Program-made: the position numbers and the translations under genes
Assembly: GCA_020137815.1 (NCBI GenBank)
Contig: CM035352.1
Location: 4,588,001 to 4,652,000 of the forward strand
Source of the DNA: Hormiphora californensis
Taxonomy: Eukaryota > Animalia > Ctenophora
DNA length: 64,000 nucleotides
Reading direction: 5' to 3'
Shown: positions 12,975-24,900 of the stretch, in pieces
Layout: each line of letters starts with the position of its first letter
Position numbering within the stretch: position 1 is the first letter of the stretch
Notes under the pieces: generated by a model
Told to the model about the DNA's origin: nothing
Database searches by the model: none
Seen by the model: the letters and a program-made list of their open reading frames with translations, nothing else

Positions 12975-14100
12975 GGCTAGAATATATCGTTTTGTAATTT
13001 GAATTTCACTTAAAGGAGAAGTTCAGAACCTGAAATTCAGAGTTCTAACGACTAAAAGTATGGGCTATGGCCCGCTGCAGTCGGCTGTCGGTCATCAATG
13101 CAGTAAAAACTGGTTTATTTTTGTCCCATGACCCATTTAGGCCACCCAAAAGTGACTAGTGGAAGCAGTTCTGGCTACTTAGTTATTCAGATTTCTCTCC
13201 TTTAACCAACTTGCATCGCCCTTGCCCTCGGTTTTATTCAAACTTCGAAAAACTTCGAAAAAAGTTTTTAAAAAACGGCCATCTTGAAAATAAAAGTTTT
13301 GACGCCGAATTCCGAAATCACGCGCCGCGGCTCGGGGACGTTGAAAAGCGCTGCATCATCCCACACTGCGCGTGGCGTGGCGTTTTTATATTTAAAAAAC
13401 GGGCCGGGCCGGGGACGTTTTTTTGAAATGGAAGTTTTTAATTTTTTCTTTCTATTTTTTAAACTTCAAGGCACGGGGCATCTTTGACGGTTGACCCTTT
13501 GCCTGGTATGCACTGTAGTCCTCTCATGGGCACAAACCTGCAACAAGAGACATGCAGCGTATGTCAATTTAGTCTTAACGATCCATTAAAAAGTTCAAAG
13601 GCCTCCAGGAGGCTCCCCACAGCAGCCAGCATGAGCACCCAATACCATATTAGGAGAAAAACTCACATCACGTATGATCTTCGTGGTTTTCCCAACCCTG
13701 TGAGGGGCTGGGATTAAGGGATATGGAGGCCCGAAAACGTGTTCCGACGCGCACCCTGTGGCGCGAAATTTAGTTTGCGACGTGCACCGAGTTTTAAAAT
13801 TTCAGTCAAACCATTCAATGTATACCGTAACCACGGTTGATCTTTGTTTAATCTTTGCGGCGGTCATATCAATCACGGATTGACACGCTAGTACAATCTA
13901 CACGCAAGGGTCAACTTTCAAGTTCAATTAGATTTTACACAATACATATAAAGTGTCGAATTTCCCATTGTTTGGGTCAGGGACGGCGCTGGGCCTTCGG
14001 CCCAGCAAGTCCCTGGGTGTCCGGGGCCAGGCAGGCAGGGTCCAGGGGCGAAGCCCCCCGAAAATTTCGGACATTTTTACGTGTATTTAGTCGACTTTAA

Positions 14101-14331
14101 AGTCGAATTTTTTATTTAAGCGACAGGCCGCCGCGCACTCAATTAGTTAATTGATCATATCTCCGGTTCCTGATAAGATAAAGACTTGATCCTGGTTGCG
14201 TTGGAAAGATAAAAATTTTATCTTTCCAATGGCACCAAGAAAAAGTCGCTAGCTTATCAGGAACCGGAAATCGATTTCAAGCGCTGCATTTTCATGCGCG
14301 GCGGCCTGTCGCTTAAATAAAAAATTGGACT
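14101..14331. mobile_element. Kolobok-like MITE
   Basis: TTAA TSD; TIRs AGTCGAATTTTTTATTTAAGCGACAGGCCGCCGCGCA; absent from the opposite arm of the host element (15190-15250). Confidence 0.8.
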
Positions 14332-14466
14332 TTAAGCATTTCTGAACTCCTTTTGTGAAAAATGGAAAAAAAGATGAAAGTTTCCTGATCACGAGAAAAA
14401 AAATCATCCGCGCGCACACACAATTTTCTGGGTGAACCGGACACCCTGGTCACGTCAAAATGCACT

Positions 14467-14688
14467 TAGTGGAAGCTCTTACGGTATTTCCCACGCCCCG
14501 TGGGAAAGTTTTTGACCGTGGGAAAGTTTTCAAACCGTGGGAAAAGAGAGATACATACAATAACTTTAAAAAAATAATTATTTTTTGTATGTTATTGTAT
14601 GTATCTCTCTTTTCCCACGGTTTGAAAACTTTCCCACGATCAAAAACTTTCCCACGGGGCGTGGGAAATACCGTAAGAGCTTCCACTA
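14467..14688. mobile_element. Palindromic MITE with TAG...CTA termini and 3-bp TSD (Academ-like)
   Basis: Near-perfect palindrome; TSD ACT; the empty site TGCACTGTG is seen on the other host arm (~15075-15085). Confidence 0.8.
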
Positions 14689-15786
14689 ACTGTGTCGCGC
14701 GGAAGAACCCTCTTTATGCTCTGCCGTGCGTTACAGGTGCGCGCAGTGCACCTGGGTGTCCGGCAGAGCTCCGGTCACCCGGCTGCGCGCAAATCCAAAA
14801 TTTCGCAGTTTTCCGTTTTCATCGATTTTTTTTTGTTTTTTTTGTTTTTTTTCCATTTTTTTCTTCTTTCCTCTTTCCGTCTTTCTGGTCTGGGTGTCAG
14901 GGACGGCGCTCGTGGGTGTCCGGGTGTCCGCGGACACCCAGACCAAAAAGACGGGGGAAAACTGCGAAATTTTGGATTTGCGCGCAGCCGGGTGTCCGGA
15001 GCTCTGCCGGACACCCATGTTCACTGTGCGCACCTGTAACGCACGGCAGAGCATAAAGAGGGTTCTTCCGCGCGCCACAGTGCATTTTGACGTGACCAGG
15101 GTGTCCGGTTCACCCAGAAAATTGTGTGTGCGCGTGGGTGATTTTTTTCTCGTGATCAGGAAACTTTCATCTTTTTTTCCATTTTTCACAAAAGGAGTTC
15201 AGAAATGCTTAAAATCGTTTAAAAACACCTCAAAATGTCCGAAATTTTCGGGGGGCTTCGCCCCCTCAACCCCCACCGGGGCTTGCAGCCCCTGGACCCT
15301 GCCTGCGGGGGCTCTGCCCCCTTCGCCCCCGCCGGGGCTGCGCCCCTGGACCCTGCTTGTGGGGGGTTTCACCCCCCACACCCCCTGACCGAGGCTGCCG
15401 CCCCTGGCCCCGGACACCCAGGGACTTGCTGGGCCCACGGCCCAGCGCCGTCCCTGCTGGGTGTCCGCGGACACCCGGACACCCACGAGCGCCGTCCCTG
15501 GTTTGGGTCAAACATAATCAGCGTGAGTAGCAAACAAAATGCACAGCTTTACACAACGTTCTTTCTTTCTGTCTCTTTGAAATCATTTTGGATCATCACA
15601 TAGCCACGCACCGGTGGCCTTTCATAAAACTGCTTCATGAATGCACACAGATTTGCCTTGAACCCATGAAGTGTTTCCGGCAAAGTTTCTGAAAGAGTTA
15701 GTTGGCCAAGTCCCAAATCCCAAGGGCCTGATTCGGTACGCCACTTTTCTCAGTCGACACCCATTATGGTTTATGCTACACCTACC

Positions 15787-16111
15787 TATGAACCCCGATA
15801 GCTGATTTATCAGTCGTGCCAGTTAGTCTACACACAGTTTGGGGACGTCTGTTGACTATTTGCCAGTACTCCTTGTGTGTTTTACCCTGTGTTGTGTCTC
15901 TTGTTAGTGTGCAATTGCTATTGGGGTTCATAAACTATGAACGTTTGTTAGCTTATCGCGTTATAGGTTTAAATCACCTCCCCCTCACCCTCGGCTGGCG
16001 CCTCGGGATCGGCGTCGTGATTTAAACCGGGCGATTAAACTCCAGTTGGCTCTCCCCAGCTCGCGCTGGGAAAAGCCAACTTGATAACGCGCCAAGCTAC
16101 AAACGTTCATA
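15787..16111. mobile_element. Bipartite hairpin element (Crypton-like non-autonomous), copy 1
   Basis: Two adjacent TATGAA...TTCATA palindromic units and an internal hairpin CCCTCGGCTGGCGCCTCGGG; a closely related longer copy lies at 37344-38030. Confidence 0.6.
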
Positions 16112-16140
16112 GTTCATTTGAAATAATTAATTTTTACAGA

Positions 16141-17386
16141 ATGACTGAGTTTGATGAACGGGATGACAAATGTGTGAACTGTGCAGAGATCAATCCCCGG
16201 CAAATCAAAGTGAAATGCTGCGAGTGCCCCGGAGAGTTGCTTCTATGTCTGGAATGTTTTAGTTGTGGTGTGGAACTTGGAAAACACAAACGAACTCACA
16301 GTTACGCATTCTATGACCCCGGTAGTTTCCCTCTCCTCACCCCCGATTGGTGTGCAGCAGACGAGATCCAGCTTCTTGAATCCCTCGAGGAGTTTGGATT
16401 TGGAGACTGGGAGGCGTGTAACAAATATTTAGAAAACAAAACACCCCGTGAGATACACAGCCACTTTGAGGAGTTTTATCTGAGTGGACCGATAGCGGAC
16501 GCGGCGAGAGAGTTCCTTAGGGATCCGGCACTAAAACCCGTGGTCTTGTCACCCGGCCTAACGCCCCTTCCGCCGCGAGTTGAGATCAGTAAAGTTGAGT
16601 GTGAGAAGTTAGGGTATCTTCCCAAGAGGGATGACTTTGAGAGGGAGTATGACAATACAGCGGAGGAGCTGATTAGTAAACTGGTTGCTACCCACAACGA
16701 TGAACCGATAGAGGCAAGTCTAAAGTTCGCACAGGTCCAGATATACAACAAGCGCCTCAGAGATCGAGAGAGACGGAAAGAAGCTGGCGAGGGAGTATGG
16801 CTTGGTTTGTCCAAAGCAGGAGACAGCCGTTTTGAGAGGCAAGAAGTCTGATCAGAAAGAGATGAGGGCTATTTTACAGCCTGTCGGGAGGTTCACAACG
16901 TTCCTACAATTTGATAAACTGGCCAACATGATGACAAAATGTAACAACTTGAGGGAGGAGATAGTGGAATTACAAATGCTCCGAGATAATGGAATCACTA
17001 AACTGGACGATAAACACGAGTATGAGATCCAGCAGAGAAAGAGGGAAAAGAGGAAGATAGATGAGAAGATAGGGAATACCCCACCTAAGCGCCTATCTTT
17101 CAACTCTCTCAGAACGCACGAATCTAACGTGGCCCCTAAAACCGAGAAAGATATTAGAGACTATACAGGATTTAGAAACCTCACCGAGACTGAGAAAGAG
17201 CTTTGCGTAACACTTCAAATGGCTCCACAAAAGTACCTAGGGGCGAAGATGTGCCTGATTAGGAATAATCTGTCGCGTGATCTGGGAATCAGTGGGGGAG
17301 GCAGCAAAAGTGAATTGAGCACCTTGGAAAAGATGCGAATAACAGAATACCTCAGATCAGCGGGATATATAGCACTTGCAACATGA
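16141..17386 (+). CDS. TADA2B: Transcriptional adaptor 2-beta (ZZ, SANT, SWIRM), single coding exon with one apparent frameshift
   Basis: ZZ finger CVNC..CCEC..CLECF..H..H, SANT WCAADEIQLLESLEEFGFGDW, LGYLPKRDDFEREYDN and a C-terminal SWIRM LTETEKELC...YL. Removing one A at 16777-16779 joins the two ORFs as RERRKKLAREYGLV. Confidence 0.88.
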
Positions 17387-17564
17387 ATATTAAATATAGA
17401 TATTGATGTGTTTTATTTGTGTTTTATACACGACTTGTCCCCGTGCGCTGGTGTTGTGTTATTTTTGTCGATTTGTGCAGTGTATATTTGTAACTACTAT
17501 ATTTACTATTTTACACTACTTTCCATTTATCTGCGGTTTTTTATTTAACCACGGGACCAACCGT

Positions 17565-17770
17565 AACCCTTCTCCCTCCCCCCATTATATAACCCTTCTC
17601 ACTCTCCCAATTGTGTAATCCTTCCCCCACCCTCATTATGTAACCCTTCTCACTCTCCCAATTGTGTAATCCTTCCCCCTCCCCCCATTATGTAACCCTA
17701 TTCCCTCTCCCTATTGTGTAATCCTTCTCCCTCTCACAATTATGTAGCCCTATTCCCTCTTCCTATTATT
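17565..17770. repeat. ~54-bp degenerate tandem repeat between TADA2B and the glycosyltransferase
   Basis: CCATTATGTAACCCTTCTCACTCTCCCAATTGTGTAATCCTTCC units. Confidence 0.8.
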
Positions 17771-18381
17771 TCTCCTCTCCCGCCTATTCTGTGTAGCGTC
17801 CATGGTAAATCCTACAATATAACAACCCCTCCCTACATATTATTAGGTCCATATCGTCCACATGACACACTACTACAGATAATGTAGATGGGATATTTGT
17901 TATCTCGTCGTGTTCATCTACCGAGCACGTGGGAGAGTCCGAAGAACAAGGTGCACGAAACGGAGACCCACACGCGCTGGAAATGCGTCCTTGTAGGCGC
18001 CTGGTAAGTACACTGTGTGAGAATTATTTCCAAATCTTGAGACAACTAAGGTTATATTTAGCGATTTTTTTCACAAAGATGAACCTCTGACATAGATAAG
18101 TAGTCTTATTATTCTAGTAATGAAGTGTATGGAAATGCAGCTACATATTAATGTTATGCGGTTTTCACATTCTCTATTCTACGCATCTATCTCTAGGCTC
18201 TGCATGTCTATTCATCGCTCCCTTCTTTCGCTTTCACTTTGAGCGTCGTGGCAAGTGCTATGTCACACTTAATTCTGTACTGTTGAGCACGCGCGGAGTA
18301 GTAATTTACAGGGTGGTCAGCGCGCTTGCCTTCTATCCTGCTGTGTGAACTGTGAATATTGCGCTGACAAGGGTCCCCCTC

Positions 18382-20923
18382 ATGATTCAAACCGTGAAAC
18401 ACTACACTACGTATTCAGTGTTGTTGGGGCGTTGTTCTGTACATATTACACATTACTCTCACTATAACAATCCTGCTAGTTAACAACAGCTTACACTATT
18501 CTGTACCCACGAGATATGCACGGGAAGAACAGTTCAACTACATTCATACATTGTGTGTACATTACTACAAAGTATAATACAACACCCAATACAATTACAG
18601 TATTCTGACCGGCTGACAGGCCCCCTCTCTACAGGTACATCCTATGTTTCTGGTTCTTCATTGTATTCCCCTACGTCGCTGTCTCCTGGGTTACTGTCCC
18701 CAATGAGTTGACTGTCGTTTGGAGTGCCACAATCCAACAACAAGGACTGATAGGAGCGGGGTTCGCCCACGAGGCCATAGACTTCCTAGTGCCACTCGCC
18801 AGCCATGTTTACGTTGGTATGTGACCTTGTAACTTGGTATGTTAGGAAAAGAGAGGGGAAAAGTGAGAGTGAGAGTGTTTAGAAGCTGAGATGAAAGAAG
18901 TGATACCCATCCCCCCTGAGTAATCCGTTGTTACCATGACAACAAAGAGATGTTCCGGCGTTACTTAGCAACACTCTCATAACACTAATAATAGTCCATT
19001 ATAATCACTATTGCGCCAGGCCAACCCCCATACCTCTCAGCTCTCTCACCCCATTCTCTCCCCATCAGGATGGGTGAATGAAAAGTTAGTGAATCCGTTT
19101 AAAGCGGAAGACAGCGCATTTCACGAGATGAAAGCAGAAGATCAAGAAGTTTTAAAGAAAATCTACAAACAGGGGCGGGAGATTCGACGCTATGACAACC
19201 AGATTCTAATGTTACAATTTCAACCTACATTTTATGAAAAATATCTAAAGGATTATTCAAGTTTTAAAAAGTATCAGTATAAAATAGGTAGGTGTTACAA
19301 AAAAACGTAATTCTTGATCTATTTATAGTGGAACCACCAGTCGCTAAAACCTCGAAAATTATGATAGCAGAGTGGACCAAATCGCCACATCCCCATAACA
19401 TAGCCGGTACCCTCTCTTGTTTTTCAGGTCGGTGTATGTTTGAGACGACCAGTGTGCCCCAAGGTTGGGTGAACATGATCAATGATCATCTCGATGAGAT
19501 TTGGGTTCCGTCCAAGTTTCAAAAAGCCGTCTTTCTAAAGGTGATTGTACTCAACTTTTACTCATACATCGCACCTTTGGGGTGTAGGATTCATAACCTA
19601 AAACAACAAACGTTTGTCCTCAGGAGGGAGTGACAAAGCGGATAGCAGTGATTAAGGAAGGATTTGACGCGGAGATTTTTAATCGGACAGCCACTCCAGT
19701 TGATAAGACCAAGTTCTTTAAACATTGTTCCCACGATTTTGTGTTCATTTCATCCTCAAAATGGGAGGACAGGAAAGGTAAAATAATCTTTAGATAATGC
19801 ATTCTTATTGTCTAAATAAGTAGTGATACCGCCTTGTGAATATTGTTTCACCCTCTAATCTTAGATCTTTAGAAGGAATAGGGGTGCCAAGATCTTGGTT
19901 CCCCTGCTCTAACACAATCCTAACTCCTTCTATCTATCTATCTATCTATCTATCCACAGAGCGCCTGGGACTAACTCCTAGCTCCTTGTTTCAGGTTGGG
20001 ACGTGTTACTGGAGGCGTTTACTGAAGAGTTCTCAGGGCTGGAGCAGGTCTGCCTGGCCATCAGGTCCACAGGGCTCAAGGACGAACTGGATAACTTACA
20101 CAATCCTAATCATGCTAGGGTTGTGAAAGTGGACAAGATACCCATGCAAGGTAATGGTGACCATGGTTACTGCGCCCTGTGGCCTCTTATTGCACCATAT
20201 GATGCCACACCAGCTTTAGATAGTGTTAGTCAATTACCCCAATTTCCCCCAGATTACCCATCGTTCTACGCTAGTGCAGATGCCTTTGTGCTCGCCTCGC
20301 ACGGTGAGGGTTGGGGCCGGACCCCCATGGAGGCTCTAGCTATGGGTCTCCCAACGATAGCCAGCAAATGGAGTGGCCTGTCCGAGTTCATATCCCATCA
20401 GTATGCGATCCCGATCAATATCACTGATGTGGATCAGGCCTTCCCTAGGAACCCTGAGATTCTTGGTGAGTGTCTTAGATTTTCTTGCCAAGCTAGACTT
20501 TGTTTCGGGCGCCCCGAATTTATAGATTTTCAATACCTCTCTGGTCCACATTTGCGCTGATATTACTGTATTACTACCGTATCATTACTGTTCTATTAGA
20601 AAGATCGAAACTAAGAAGGGAAAATGAATTCTGATCATATGTTGCTAAACCCCCTCCCTCCCCCACTAGGTGGATCTACATCCCACCGCCGGAAACACAA
20701 ATGGGCCCATCTGGACAAGTACGCCCTGCGTGGGGCAATGAGGTGGGTCTACAATAACCAGCAACAGGCCAAGGAACTGGGCATGAAGGCGGAGGCGTAC
20801 ATGCACAGTCATTACACGAGGGAACATATTGCAGAGGATATACACAAGAGATTGCTACAGATTTACCATTTTAAGTTTATCGGTCGGGATATCAGCAATA
20901 GTGATGATCATAACCTGATTTGA
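18382..20923 (+). CDS. GT-B fold retaining glycosyltransferase (GT4/Glycos_transf_1-like), type II membrane anchor, ~8 exons
   Basis: Exons ~18382-18410, 18635-18816, 19069-19287, 19428-19540, 19624-19777, 19995-20149, 20252-20465, 20670-20923. Motifs: YILCFWFFIVFPYVAV (TM), IGRCMFET, DEIWVPS, KWEDRKGWDVLL, ADAFVLASHGEGWGRTPMEALAMGLP (EX7E). The first exon is the least certain. Confidence 0.85.
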
Positions 20924-20961
20924 GGAGAGAGAGAGGGATGAGGAGGTGGAGGAAAGAGGGC

Positions 20962-20968
20962 GTGAGAG

Positions 20969-21018
<50 letters not shown>

Positions 21019-21147
21019 TGTGTGTGTGTGTGAGTGTGAGAGAGAGAGTGAGAGAGTGTGTGTGTGTGTGTGTGTGAGTGTGAGAGAGAGAGTGAGAGTG
21101 AGAGAGTGTGTGTGTGTGTGTGAGTGTGAGAGAGAGAGTGAGAGAGA
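20962..21147. repeat. Compound (GA)n/(GT)n microsatellite
   Basis: Seen directly; similar tracts at 29340-29440, 40740-40905, 53968-54135, 56975-57035 and 63650-63750. Confidence 0.95.
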
Positions 21148-21944
21148 TTGGTTGGTATAAAGTAGGAGAACACATTGTGAGGATAATGCTTCTAGGCAGT
21201 ATATATCCAAACAATAAACTATAAAGCTGGTCTCATGAAACAATGTCGTTGTCATAAATGGAAAAAACATTTGAGGCCAAGATAAAATGTTAAAAGAATT
21301 GTTTTCAGTTTTGTTTACGTGGAGAGTTGATTTGAATGGGAGGACCCCGAACTGTGTCCGGGACACAGTGTCCCCCTCTGTTTATTGTGTATCTATATTC
21401 TATCGTATATTCTGACTTTTTGTCTTGGTAAATTTGAGTTTTATCTGCCTTAATTTAAGCAGCAATCTCCTTCCTCACAACCATTATAGCTCTGCCTCCT
21501 AGTGGACCCTAATTGGGCAATTGTTGCTTGGGTTTTCCTAGATAAGATGGACCATTTCCCAAATTCCACCCAAGGCTGCAGTTTCCCAGCCCGCCGCGCA
21601 GAGTTTAATGCGCTCAGCCACCGACTGCTGACAACTCACTTTACACAGTAGGGAGGATTGTGCGCGTGCCAATCACACAATCTGCTGCCACTGCAACTGA
21701 TCAAAAGGGACATGGCAATCAACAGGGCACCATAACAATCACATGTGACTTTCATCTAACAAGATTAAAGGCGGTAATTCTTTTGACCGAGGGTTTCATA
21801 AATTACTAAGCAGAAATATTTACATTTGAATGCACTCAACACGCAACACATATCGAATCCAGTCGACGAAAAAAATACGAGCTTTTAAACAGTTTTTCTC
21901 ATTTTCGCAAAAAGTTCGGTTCTCTCAAAATGATTTCGGTTCTC

Positions 21945-24900
21945 TCAAGACTCTTCGACGGCAATCGGTGTACCGTTAGAGGCTCCATTTGCTGCACCGT
22001 CTACAGGACTCTGAAAACAGGAAGATATTACTAACGTGATAAAATGACAAGGTGCATTAGACAGTATTTTGACAGCTATAGCTAGCTTGTAAGTACTAAC
22101 AGGCCACAAGTCAGACTGTACATAAGTTATCCATTTATATCGGGATAGTATCATGCCAAACGATATACAATAAGTATGTGGTATATCACCGGAAATTAGT
22201 AATAATAGTATCTACAGTTATAAGTAGTCAGGTATTGGATACCACCAACCGTATCGTCCTACTATCACTTTTTTGATGGAGAGCTAAAGAAAAATAGATA
22301 TAACTAGAGAGGAAAGCAGAGACTAGAGAGATCTGTTTCCCTCCTAAAGAAGTAAACAGCTCAGTGTCCTCTGTCTAAGATAAATCTTGCTATGGACAAG
22401 AACTAACTACATCTGCAACTAACTGCGGATACCTGGTCTGCATTTTCATTATTCCGCTTTATTGTCATCTGACTCCGTTGCCTAGATACCAACATCTGCA
22501 ATCTCAATTTGTCTGTAAAGAATATCTTTCTCCAGGAGTGCTCTGCTGCTAACTGTTCCAACTGGAGGGGAGATGGGGGAGTTAGAAGTGAGTGGCGAGT
22601 TCACAACTGGAGGGGAGAGAGGGAGAGGGGTTTTAGGACTAAACTGTGGGAGAGGGGTTTTAGGACTAAACTGTGGGAGAGGGGTATTAGGACTTTACTG
22701 GAGGGGGGAGGGGTATTAGGACTTTACTAGGGATTAGGAGAGGTGTTAGGACTTTACTGGAGGGGAGAGGGGTGTAAGGTGTTAGGACTTTACTGGAGGG
22801 AAAGGGGGTGACTGTTAGCACAGTTCCAACTACTACTTGGCGTGTTAGAACTGTTCAAACGGAAAGGGTATTAGAACTGTTATAATTTCCAACTACTGGG
22901 GTGTCATGGTGTTAGGACTGAACCAACTACTGGAGCCGGGAAGAGGCTATCTGAGTAGGGGTGTTAGAACTGGCCGGTACAAAGGAAGGAGAGGTGCGAT
23001 TGAGGAAAGCGGAGTTCTAATTTGTATCCGGCTCTCTCAGGCCAATGCTATGACAGGTCCGGTTTGAGTTGATCTGTCATGATCACAATTGTTCATGCTA
23101 TGACTTAGTATATAATCGAATATGTCATATATAGCACGCATGTGTAGTTAACGCACACACAATGACTCCATGACTCCATGATAAATTGTACATTATTGTG
23201 ACACAATATATATCACAGTGTGGTGTGTGGGTTGTAATTAGTTTTCCTGCACCTTTCCATACACACTGAAAAACACAGCATGTTCAGTTGTGTTTTTCTT
23301 CCTTTCGTGACTTGTCGTCCATGACAGACGCGTCTAAAAGAGACTTCTAATTTAGTTTGCTGTTGTCTTGTTCATACTTTGGAGTCCGCCGCCCTCATCT
23401 AACTGCCCCGCCCTTTCTGTTAGGCCAATGCTCTTCCGCTGTTCCGCGTTCAGAAATGAAATAAGAATAATAAGAATAGTGTCCGCCAATGTTTAGCTTT
23501 GACAGCGCCCTTTATTTTGTGATTTTTCGTAACGGAGTGTAATAATAAGACATATATAATTTGCTTGTAATTGGGGAAAGTTCTGGTTAATTAGTTCCGC
23601 GCTAATTACCAAATCTGTTATTCTTCCTGGTCTCCACTGTGTTTATCTGTAAACTGGTGTCTTCTCTATGGCTCTCTCCATGCCATCTCTCCCTGTTCAT
23701 TCTCTCTCACTCTCTCTTCCTTTCTCTCCTCTAACTCTCTTCCCCTTTCTCTCTCTCTCTCTCTCCTCGCACTATTTCCATGGTAATTTAGCTTTTGAGG
23801 CGTCCTCCTTCCTTCATTTTGCTCTTCATCTCACAAATGAACATGGCCAGCGGACACAAAAGGAGTTCCAAAATTAAAGAGCCAATTACGCGTGAAGGTT
23901 AATTAATATTTTGAGAAGAATCAACACTTTCATCACATCTCTCCTCACTCACAACACTGCAACACGCCAACACATATTCATACGTTCATACGGAGCCTAT
24001 TTTATTTTGCTACTATGTTTTATTAATATAATAACAACAACCCTGGCACAAATTATATTTTATGCTTCATAATTATCTTTGAGGTTTTGGGCGCTTTGTC
24101 GTCACTGACTCCACATGATATATGTAACCTCGACTTCCGTGTTGTTTCATGTTTCTCCTGTGATTATTATAGGTGGCGAGGTGTCAATTGGCCACAAACA
24201 CTTTTCCTTTCTTTTTTCAAATTTATTTTTGTTCTTGTTTTCGTTTCTCTCTCTGCCGAATTTGCGTCACACACAAACTCCAGTTTGGCCATTGTTGTGT
24301 CACACTTCCAATTTCCATTGTCCATGTAGCAGCCCGGATAATACTTGATACTACAGGATAATACCGGATACTACTGGCGAATGTGGTGGGAGAAATGGCT
24401 CACCCTAGAACAATTGCAAGTTAATAGCAAAAATGCATAATAACCTGTAAATCACATGTAATTCGAAGTTCAAACTAGTTTTGAAATAGTTTTGAAATTT
24501 TTTTAGAAAAATTTTAGTTTTGAAATAGCTTTTGAAATAGTTTTGAAATAGCTTTTGAAATAGTTTTGAAATAGCTTTTGAAATAGCTTTTGAAATAGCT
24601 TTTGAAATAGCTTTTGAAATGGCTTTGGACGGGTGGTAGAAATGGCTCATGTGGCTCATCTGGCAGCTGCACGATCATTATGAACACAAGGACATTCATA
24701 TAAAAGCGAAAACCAGTGTACCCGACTAATTTTAATACGCTGAATCACGTGAGCAACTCTGGCAAGCGCTCAGATGTGAAGAAAGTGCCCTAATTGAGCA
24801 TAATTGGGTGTAATTGACCGGACTTACAACTTTTCTCCTGAAAACACTAGAAGTTAATGTGAGGGCACTTTTCCGACTAACTTTGATACGCTGATTCACG

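Larger units (their letters stand above)
13978..15500. mobile_element. hAT-type foldback MITE carrying two nested MITEs, between divergent SPEF2 and TADA2B
   Basis: CAGGGACGGCGCT...AGCGCCGTCCCTG; 8-bp TSD GTTTGGGT; long internal inverted arms; an extra internal terminus at 14898. Confidence 0.85.

Noticed and set aside
14450-15603. Many overlapping ORFs up to 220 aa on both strands
   Set aside because: Products of GC-rich palindromic MITE arms with mirror-image translations and no transposase motifs.
16771-16851. Programmed frameshift or pseudogene status for TADA2B
   Set aside because: No slippery heptamer or stimulatory structure, both halves are conserved, and the same +1 homopolymer defect occurs in two other genes; assembly error is more parsimonious.
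20855-21366. His/Thr/Ser/Leu-repeat ORFs (also 40537-41130, 53872-54151, 63495-63779)
   Set aside because: Translations of GA/GT microsatellites.
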